Assembly: GCA_963830455.1 (NCBI GenBank) | Contig: CAWHMT010000004.1 | Coordinates: 178,644-242,643 of the forward strand | Reading direction: 5' to 3' | Length of the DNA: 64,000 nt | From: an uncultured Gemmatimonadales bacterium | GTDB taxonomy: Bacteria; Gemmatimonadota; Gemmatimonadetes; Gemmatimonadales; GWC2-71-9 | Shown here: positions 16,915 through 24,340 of the stretch, in pieces | How the letters are laid out: each line of letters opens with the position of its first letter | Position numbering within the stretch: the first letter of the stretch is position 1 | Program-made: the position numbers and the translations under genes | Notes under the pieces: generated by a model | What the model was told of the DNA's origin: nothing | What the model saw: only the letters and a program-made list of their open reading frames with translations | Databases searched by the model: none

Positions 16915-18929
16915 CGGCTGGATTCGAGAACCATCCCCGGCTCCCACGCGGTGATGTACCCGGTGATCGCGGAGGCAGCGACGGTATAGGGATTGGCGAG
17001 GTAGAGCTGGCCCGGGCCTGAGCGTCCGGGGAAATTGCGGTTGATGGCGCTGATCGTGACCTCCTCGCGCGTCTTGGAGACCCCGGGGCCCGCATTGATG
17101 CAGGCGCCGCAGGAGGGCTCGAGAAACGTCGCCCCCACCTGCCGGAACACGTCGAGGTAGCCCCGCTCTTCGCAGTAGCGTTTCACATCCTGCGAGCCAC
17201 ACTGAATAAAGAACCGGACCCACGGCGCCACGCGCGCGCCGCGCCCGGCGGCTTCCGCGAGGACACGGGCGTACATGTCCATGTCCTCCTTCTTGCCCGC
17301 CGTGCAGGAGCCTGCGTACGCGATGTCGACCTTGATCCGCCCGGCGACGTCGTCGATGTGCACGCCGTTCCCCGGGTCGCCGGGCAGCGCGATCATCGGG
17401 CGAATGGTCGCGGCGTCGATCTCGATGACTTCGCAATACTCGGCACCGGGATCGCTGAACAACCCGTCGCAGAGCCGCTGCGCGTCCTGGCGGGACATCC
17501 TGCGATAGTCCATCAGATACTCGATTGTCTTGTCGTCCGGTGCCACGTAGCCGGTGAAGCCACCCACCTCGGCCGTCATGTTGGTCATGGTGGCGCGCTC
17601 GTCGACCGACAGGGCCTCGACCGCGTCTCCACAGTATTCCACGAGCTTCCCGATCGCCTTGCCCGTCTTCACGTACGGATGGCGCAGGACCTCGAGCATG
17701 AAGTCCTTCGCCGTGACGTTGTCGGGCTTCTGTCCGCGGATCACCACCTTCACCGTCTCCGGCACCTGGAGCCGCACGTCTCTGGTGATCCAGGAATTGA
17801 AGATCGCCGTGGTCCCGACACCGAACGCGATGCAGCCGACGGCCCCCGCGTGCGGCGTATGCGAGTCGGATCCGATGATCACCTGCCCGGGCAGCGCGTG
17901 CGACTCGAGAATCTTGGAATGACAGATGGCCTCGGAGCCGTGGTGGCCCAGCCGCAGCTCGCCGTAGAGCTTGATGCCCTGCGCGGTCGCGAACTCGCGC
18001 TGTTTCTTCTCGAGCTGGAGCGCCACGTCGAGCAGTCCTTCCTTCACCCGCTCGGGCGTCATCGCTTCGGGCAGGAAGGTCAGGTGATCGCGGAACATGA
18101 GGATCGAGCCGGGATCGTTGACCTTCGCGTCCTTGCCCACGAGCTGCTCGAAAAAAATCGCAGCCATGGGCGTCACATACTCGTGACTGAAGCGGATATC
18201 CGTCAGCACGAACCCTTCGTCGCCAGGCCGTACCGACGGGACGCCGATCTTCCCCCCGGCGGGATCCACCACCCAGCGCCGCGCCAGTATTTTTTCGCCC
18301 AGCGTCATCGGTCGCCGCTGTCTAGCCGGCGGGTGCAGCACGACTTTGCCCTCGAGTCGCGCCGTATTGTAATTGAAGAGCCCGCCGTGCTCGATGATGC
18401 CGCGCGTGATCTCGCCCTCGCCCTGCGTGAACGCCGACAGCGGGATGTCTTCGCCGCGCCGGACCTTGTCGAGAATCGAGAAGTCGGTGGTGGCGAGCAT
18501 ACCGAGATTCTGGCAATTCTCGCGATAAATCCGCTCGATGCTTTCCGCGACGACGAGCTTGATTCCGGCGCACATCTCCGCGTAAGGTGACTGCTCGCGC
18601 GAGGAGCCTTTCCCCCGCCGCTTGCCGCTCACAGCAGCGACGAATCCGCCCCCCTTGACGCTCCCGCGCGTGATGGGGAACTCATCGCGGCATTTGAGGC
18701 CCAGGTAGGGGAATTCACCGAGTGTTTCGTCGTAGTAGTAGCAGATGTAGGCGGGCGTGATTTCGTCTGTCGAAATGTCGTCGCGCAGCTTGTGCGCGGG
18801 CGTCCATTTCAGGTCTTCGCCGGCCAACTGCGCGCGCACCAGGGCGGGGTCTTCCGTCAGGTACAGAATCCGACCGTGCAAACGCACGTTTGCATCACGC
18901 ATGGGCGAAGTATCTTCCTGGAGACTCAT
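16911..18929 (-). CDS. Aconitase/isopropylmalate-dehydratase family protein with N-terminal swivel (LeuD-like) domain
   Basis: 672 aa. The LeuD-type GKGSSRE motif near residue 105 precedes the catalytic GSDSHTPHAG, and CGACINAGPG lies near the C-terminus. Confidence 0.85.
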   Translation of the reverse strand: MSLQEDTSPMRDANVRLHGRILYLTEDPALVRAQLAGEDLKWTPAHKLRDDISTDEITPAYICYYYDETLGEFPYLGLKCRDEFPITRGSVKGGGFVAAVSGKRRGKGSSREQSPYAEMCAGIKLVVAESIERIYRENCQNLGMLATTDFSILDKVRRGEDIPLSAFTQGEGEITRGIIEHGGLFNYNTARLEGKVVLHPPARQRRPMTLGEKILARRWVVDPAGGKIGVPSVRPGDEGFVLTDIRFSHEYVTPMAAIFFEQLVGKDAKVNDPGSILMFRDHLTFLPEAMTPERVKEGLLDVALQLEKKQREFATAQGIKLYGELRLGHHGSEAICHSKILESHALPGQVIIGSDSHTPHAGAVGCIAFGVGTTAIFNSWITRDVRLQVPETVKVVIRGQKPDNVTAKDFMLEVLRHPYVKTGKAIGKLVEYCGDAVEALSVDERATMTNMTAEVGGFTGYVAPDDKTIEYLMDYRRMSRQDAQRLCDGLFSDPGAEYCEVIEIDAATIRPMIALPGDPGNGVHIDDVAGRIKVDIAYAGSCTAGKKEDMDMYARVLAEAAGRGARVAPWVRFFIQCGSQDVKRYCEERGYLDVFRQVGATFLEPSCGACINAGPGVSKTREEVTISAINRNFPGRSGPGQLYLANPYTVAASAITGYITAWEPGMVLESSR

Positions 18930-19812
18930 GTTCGCAACCGCGCTGCTCCTCCTGCAAGCAACGATTCAGAGTCCCCACCTCATTGAAAGCTCGGGTGTGG
19001 CCGTCAGCCGTACATACCCCAACGTACTCTGGTCACACAACGACTCGGGTGACGGGCCGTACCTCTATGCGACGGATCTGCAGGGCGCCGATCGCGGCCG
19101 GTTGCTCGTTGCCGGTGCGGGCGCGATCGACTGGGAAGACATGTCGCTCGGTCCTTGCCCGATTCAGTTCCTGCTTCAGACTCGGCCGTCGCGACAGTAC
19201 GCCACGTCCTGCGTGTATCTCGCCGATACCGGGGACAACCTCGAGATCCGACCGTTTGTGACGGTGTACGCGGTCCCGGAGCCGGAGCCGCCGGCCAATG
19301 CCGGGGACACACTCGGCACCACCAGAGCGGCCGCCGTCCTCCACCTCCGCTATCCGGACGGCGCGCACGATGTCGAGGGCATCTACGTCTCGCCCCGGGA
19401 TACCGCGCTCTACCTCGTCAGTAAGGGCTACCAACGCGGCACCGCGATCCGGTTATACCGCGTCGCTCGCGATGCCTGGAGTCCACAAGACACGACCAGC
19501 AAGGTTGCCGAGGCGACGCTCGTACAGGAGCTCGACATTCGGCCCAACCGGGAAGCAGGTCGCGTGATCACCGGAGCTGCTGTACGGCCAGATGGGCGCG
19601 TCGTGGCTCTGCGGACGTATGGCGAGATCTACTTGTTCTATCCCGGTGTGGGCGGCCGTCTGTCGCCGGCTCGGGACCGCTCCTGCGGCATCGCCGGGAT
19701 CGATACGGGCGGTGAAGCCATCGACTTCCTGAGTGATTCGACCTTCGTACTGACCAGTGAAGCCAGCCGTGGCCGGAAGGGCACAATCAACGCGGTGAAA
19801 TGCCGATCTTAG
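18928..19812 (+). CDS. Secreted hypothetical protein (possible beta-propeller)
   Basis: The track ORF starts at 18757, but that stretch is antisense to the aconitase gene. The ATG at 18928 gives the hydrophobic N-terminus MFATALLLLQATIQ. SGVAVS...LWSHNDSGD resembles SdiA-regulated/phytase-like propellers (weak, from memory). Confidence 0.55.
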   Translation: MFATALLLLQATIQSPHLIESSGVAVSRTYPNVLWSHNDSGDGPYLYATDLQGADRGRLLVAGAGAIDWEDMSLGPCPIQFLLQTRPSRQYATSCVYLADTGDNLEIRPFVTVYAVPEPEPPANAGDTLGTTRAAAVLHLRYPDGAHDVEGIYVSPRDTALYLVSKGYQRGTAIRLYRVARDAWSPQDTTSKVAEATLVQELDIRPNREAGRVITGAAVRPDGRVVALRTYGEIYLFYPGVGGRLSPARDRSCGIAGIDTGGEAIDFLSDSTFVLTSEASRGRKGTINAVKCRS

Positions 19813-19822
19813 AGGAGGCTGC

Positions 19823-21404
19823 TTGAATACTGTCGCAATGCTGGCACTGATGGCGAGCGCGGTGACGCAACAAGTCCCCGTCGACACCGTGGCGATGGAT
19901 GCGCACCTGCGGTTTCTCGCGAATGACCTGCTCGAGGGACGCGCGCCCGCCACGCGCGGAGGCCGGCTCGCCGCCGAGTACATCGCGGCGCAGTTCCAGG
20001 CGCTGGGTCTCCAGCCCGCCGGAGCGAACGGGACATACTTCCAGCCGGTCGCGCTGGTGGGGATGACACCGCGACCGGCATTCTCGTGGGGCAAGCAGGG
20101 TCAGCTCGACACTCTCTCGTTCCGCGATCAGTTCGTCGCCTGGGCCGAGCGGCCCGAGGCCGACATCGCGGCCGATGGTGAGGTCGTGTTCGTCGGCTAT
20201 GGGATCCGCGCACCTGAGTGGCAGTGGGACGACTACAAGGGCATGGATCTGCGCGGGAAGGTATTGCTCATGCTCGTCAACGATCCGGGGCTCGTCGACA
20301 CGACTGTATTCCTCGGCAAGATCCTCACCTACTACGGGCGGTGGACGTACAAGCTCGAGGAAGCGGCACGCCAGGGAGCTGCGGGGGCTCTGCTGATCCA
20401 TACGACCGAGAGCGCCACCTACCCATGGGAAGTGGTGCGGGGCTCGTGGTCGGTGGAGCAATTCAAGCTCGACCAGCCGCAACACCCAAGTCTCGCCTTC
20501 GCTGGATGGGTCACCGAAGCCGACGCGCGCGCAGCCTTGGCGAAGGCGGGACTGAATCTCGACTCCCTCACCCGTTCCGCCGCGCGGCGCGAATTCCGAC
20601 CGGTCGCGACCGGGGTGCAGGCGTCGGTCCACGTGCGCAGCGCCCTTCGGCGCGTCGAGTCCGAGAATGTGGTGGCGCGATTGCCCGGTCGCGATCCGAG
20701 ACGCGCGGCCGAGGCGGTTTTGATCACGTCTCACTGGGATCACAAAGGCATCGGCCCCGTGATCCGCGGCGATTCGATCTACAACGGCGCGGAGGACAAC
20801 GCGACCGGCATCGCGGCAACGCTCGCCGCCGCCAAGGCGCTGGTGCAGTTGCCTCGACCCGCGCGCTCGATCCTCTTCGTTGCGACGACTGCCGAGGAAA
20901 GCGGACTGTTGGGCAGTGAAGCCTACGTGCAGAAACCCCTGGTTCCGCTCGCGCAAACAGCGGCGGTGCTCAACCTCGACGTCACCAACGTGCGCGGCGC
21001 GACACGCGACATCGGCGCTCGTGGGCATGGATCGATCCACGCTGGGTCCGGTGATCGAAGCCGCGGCCCGCGCCGAGTCGTTGACCGTGGAATCAGAACC
21101 GGACGTGCGTGGCTCGTTCTTTCGCTCCGATCACTTTCCCTTCGCGCGCGCAGGCGTGCCCGCGCTGTCGATCTACGCCGGCGACGACTTCATCGGACGC
21201 CCGAAGGGTTGGGGCGAGGACCAGGAAAACATCTACAATCAGCAGCGCTACCATCAACCGAGCGACGAATACCAGTCCACGTTCCGCTATGCCGGGATGG
21301 CGCAGGAGGTGCGCGTGACGGTGCGCGTCGCGCGCGCGATTGCGAATGACCCGGCGCTGCCGCGCTGGCTGCCATCGTCTGAATTCCAGCGGCCCCAGCC
21401 CTGA
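19823..21404 (+). pseudogene. M28-family aminopeptidase interrupted by a +1 frame disruption near 21011-21020
   Basis: ORF 19823..21349 carries the M28 motifs (HWDHKG, NGAEDNATG, TTAEESGLLGS) up to ...NVRGATRDIG and then turns into Arg-rich nonsense. ORF 20880..21404, one frame over, continues with ALVGMDRSTLGPVIE...FFRSDHFPFARAGVPAL, the family's C-terminus. Confidence 0.75.
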
Positions 21405-21482
21405 TGCAGTGAATTGCACGCTGGAGGGACATTCGGAACAGCTTTGCTGACAACGGGTTAATGAGTGGCGATTGCCTATTGG

Positions 21483-21513
21483 GCGGGGGACGGATAGTTT
21501 GCCCCCGCTTTTT
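21483..21513 (+). terminator. Rho-independent terminator
   Basis: gcggggg (21483-21489) / cccccgc (21502-21508) with a 12-nt loop, then TTTTT (21509-21513). It lies 80 nt after the M28 stop. Confidence 0.6.
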
Positions 21514-21548
21514 GTGCCCGCACGATCCTCCCACGAACGGAGCGGCGG

Positions 21549-22655
21549 TTGGAGATTCCCTCCACACATACAGTGCCTCTGTCGTGGTTGTACGAGGCCG
21601 CCAGTCTCCCCCTCCAGTATCGGACGCTCACGGAAGTCGTGCCCGAACCGGCGCGCGACCTGGAACGTGTCACCGCCCTGCGCGAAGAGATACTGAATTA
21701 CAAGGAAGCGCTGGCGATCGTCCGCAAGCAAAAGGACACGGGGCTGTGGGGAGCCAATCTGCTCGCCCCGGATGCCTCGAAGGCGATGGGATGGAAAGAA
21801 ACCGGGACGATTTTCCAGTACCGCCGGCTTCTGGAGCTCGGTTGGCCCGCGGATGCCAGACCGTTCCGCTTCGCCGATCGGTTTCTGTTCCGGCTGTTGT
21901 CGCGGGATGACGATCCCACCCTGCTGGTAGAGTTTCAGCGCGCCGCGAAGGCTGATCCGGGGCTGGGCTTGTGGGCACGGAGTATGGGGGCACAGGGGGC
22001 GGCCGCTGCGCTGGCGCGCGGTGCGCACCAGGACGACCCGCGCCTGCGCGGCGCCGCGCACCGGATGGCGAGCGACATCTCGATGTATCTGCGGAGCGAG
22101 CTGGCGCAGAAACCGTTCAAGAAGGCGCAGGGCAAGACCGTGCTCGACCCCCTGACATATCCGCCCACGATCTTTTCGGTCGAGATGCTGGCATTCATGC
22201 CCGCCGTCCAGCGCGAGCGAGCGGGGTTCCTCGAGCGCCTGGCCGCCTATTTCTCGACCCCCACGCCTCGGCGCGAGTTCTACATCCTTGCTGGGAAGAA
22301 GCTCGTGCGCCCGCTGTTTGAGATCCTGGGCGATCCGATGCACGCCGACGCGCAGGGACGCGTGGACGACGTCCCGTTCGCACTGTACTGGCTCGAGCTC
22401 CTGGCACGGCTGGGCATCCTCCGGCAGGTGGCGCCCGCCACACGCGTGCTCGCGCGCCTGTTCAGCGAGACCGACGATCAAGGGATATGGACGCCCTCCG
22501 GTCTCCGGGCCATGCCAAAATCGGATAACCCGGTGGTGTCACACTACTTCCCGCTCGAAGGCCCGGGCAAGAGTCCCGCGCAGCGTCAAACCGACGCGAC
22601 GTTCCGGCTCGCGCTCATCGCGCGGCTGCTCGGGATCCCCCTGAACGTGGTTTGA
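21549..22655 (+). CDS. Hypothetical protein (368 aa), no family recognised
   Basis: Long ORF with balanced composition and predicted helical character. The TTG start is preceded by GGAGCGG. The 462-aa antisense ORF is Arg/Gly/Pro-biased. Confidence 0.6.
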   Translation: MEIPSTHTVPLSWLYEAASLPLQYRTLTEVVPEPARDLERVTALREEILNYKEALAIVRKQKDTGLWGANLLAPDASKAMGWKETGTIFQYRRLLELGWPADARPFRFADRFLFRLLSRDDDPTLLVEFQRAAKADPGLGLWARSMGAQGAAAALARGAHQDDPRLRGAAHRMASDISMYLRSELAQKPFKKAQGKTVLDPLTYPPTIFSVEMLAFMPAVQRERAGFLERLAAYFSTPTPRREFYILAGKKLVRPLFEILGDPMHADAQGRVDDVPFALYWLELLARLGILRQVAPATRVLARLFSETDDQGIWTPSGLRAMPKSDNPVVSHYFPLEGPGKSPAQRQTDATFRLALIARLLGIPLNVV

Positions 22656-22676
22656 GATAGCGAGCCGCAGTCTAAA

Positions 22677-22696
22677 GTAGTAGTATCTGCTACTAC
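22677..22696 (+). promoter_or_regulatory. Inverted repeat (putative operator) abutting the TrmB-family regulator start
   Basis: gtagtag-tatctg-ctactac: 7-bp perfect arms inside an unusually AT-rich patch, ending 1 nt before the ATG at 22698. Confidence 0.4.
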
Positions 22697-22697
22697 A

Positions 22698-23369
22698 ATG
22701 GCGCTCAATCTGACGCCGTTCGGGTTCACTCCCACAGAATCGCTGGTCTACGCGACGTTGCTGCGCTTGGGGCCCTCCACCGGGTACGCCGTCGCCCGCG
22801 GAGCACGGGTTGCCCGCGCAAACGCCTACGGGGCGCTCGAGGGACTCGTCACACGCGGGGCGGCGAGCCGGACTCCGCCGTCCGTGCGGCCCGCGCGCTA
22901 CCGCCCGATCGATCCGCAAGCACTGCTGGCGCAGCTCGCCGCGCTTCAGGGCGAAGCACTCGATCGGCTCGGCCGCGAGCTGAAAGGACTGGCGCGCCCT
23001 GGCGAGCCCGTCACCAGGGAGGTGGCCGGGAGCCGAGCGGTCGCCAACCTCGTGATGCAGCTGGTCGCCCGCGCGGAACGCCGGGTAGAAGGGATCGTGG
23101 CTCTCGAGCTATGGCGCCCGACCCTTCCCGCCTGGCGCCGCGCGGGCGAGCGCGCGGACATGAGCGTCCGCATGCGCGGCGCGTCACCGCCGGATGCTCC
23201 CTCCTGGCTGACGTCCGCAACGGATGAGGCACCGAGCGCAACGATTCTGGTGATCGATGAATCGCAGCTCATCGTGACTTCGGGTGAAGGGGAAGCAATC
23301 GCCGGCCTGTGGACTTCGCATCCGCTCATCGTGATGCTCGCCCGGCGCGCGCTTGAGACGATTTCATGA
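22698..23369 (+). CDS. TrmB-family HTH transcriptional regulator
   Basis: The N-terminus LTPFGFTPTESLVYATLLRLGPSTGYAVARGARVARANAYGALEGLVTRG matches the TrmB-type winged helix. Confidence 0.7.
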   Translation: MALNLTPFGFTPTESLVYATLLRLGPSTGYAVARGARVARANAYGALEGLVTRGAASRTPPSVRPARYRPIDPQALLAQLAALQGEALDRLGRELKGLARPGEPVTREVAGSRAVANLVMQLVARAERRVEGIVALELWRPTLPAWRRAGERADMSVRMRGASPPDAPSWLTSATDEAPSATILVIDESQLIVTSGEGEAIAGLWTSHPLIVMLARRALETIS

Positions 23370-24340
23370 ACCGGCCGTTGGCGCTCGCCGCCCTTACGCT
23401 GTTCGCGTGTGCGTGCCGGGCGCGACCGATTCCCGAAACCGAGCGCTACCCCGCGGGCACACCGTTGCGCGCGCAGTACCGCACCATCGACGGCACCCGT
23501 CTGCGGATGATCGATTCAGGGAACGGTACACCCGTGGTGTTCATTCACGGCATCGGCGGGTCGCTGTACAGCTGGCGCCACCAACTACCACCGGTCCTGA
23601 GCGCTGGGTACCGCGTCATCGCGTTCGACAATCGCGGTTTTGGGTTCTCGGAGCAGCCGGCGCACGGCTATCACAATGCCGATTACATGCGACTCGTCTT
23701 GGCGCTGCTCGATTCACTCGGGATCGCGAGCGCCGTTCTCGTCGGACATTCGATGGGTGGAGAGATCGCGGCCGAAGTGGCGCTGACCCACCCCGATCGC
23801 GTGCGAGGTTTGGTGCTGATCGGGCCCGCGGGCTATGGCATGCGCTGGCCGGGCGTGCTCAAGATCGCACGCTGGCCGTTCATCGGCGCGGTTGCCACCA
23901 CATTTCGGGGACGGTGGTTCACGAAGCGGATTCTGCGATCGACCTTCGCTGACCCCGACAAGGTCACGGAGGGGGACGTCGACCAGTACTATGCCCCGGT
24001 GCCGCAGCGGGGGTTCGGGCGCGCCTTGCGGGGTGTGCTCCGGGAGTTCAGGTTCGACAGTCTCGGCGGGCAGCTCGGTCGGGTGCAAACCCCTACGCTG
24101 ATTCTCTGGGGGGACGCCGATCGCTGGATCCCGCTGCGTGACGGCGCTCAGTTCGCGCGCGAGCTGCCGCGCAGCGAGTTCGTCGTCATCGAACGGTCGG
24201 GCCACAACGTGGCGGAGGAATCGCCCGAGCGCGTAAACCGGTTGTTGCTCGATTTCCTCAAGGAAGGTTTATCCCGCATTCCGGAGAATGTCGCATGGTC
24301 CTCGCCGTCGTCGCCGTACTCGCGCTTCAGCAGTCCGTAG
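23366..24340 (+). CDS. Alpha/beta-fold hydrolase (lipoprotein-type signal)
   Basis: ATGA overlap with the regulator gene. It has LTLFAC (lipobox), VVFIHGIGGS, the nucleophile elbow VGHSMGG, and a C-terminal SGHNV. Confidence 0.85.
   Translation: MNRPLALAALTLFACACRARPIPETERYPAGTPLRAQYRTIDGTRLRMIDSGNGTPVVFIHGIGGSLYSWRHQLPPVLSAGYRVIAFDNRGFGFSEQPAHGYHNADYMRLVLALLDSLGIASAVLVGHSMGGEIAAEVALTHPDRVRGLVLIGPAGYGMRWPGVLKIARWPFIGAVATTFRGRWFTKRILRSTFADPDKVTEGDVDQYYAPVPQRGFGRALRGVLREFRFDSLGGQLGRVQTPTLILWGDADRWIPLRDGAQFARELPRSEFVVIERSGHNVAEESPERVNRLLLDFLKEGLSRIPENVAWSSPSSPYSRFSSP

Noticed and set aside
20990-21030. Programmed +1 ribosomal frameshifting as an explanation for the M28 and queG (59630-59660) disruptions
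   Set aside because: Neither site has a slippery or hungry-codon motif, homopolymer or downstream stimulatory structure that I can see. A mutation or an assembly indel is the simpler explanation.
19787-22481. 417-aa (19787..21040) and 462-aa (21093..22481) minus-strand ORFs
   Set aside because: They are antisense to the M28 peptidase and the 368-aa hypothetical gene. Both have Arg/Gly/Pro-biased composition and no motifs.
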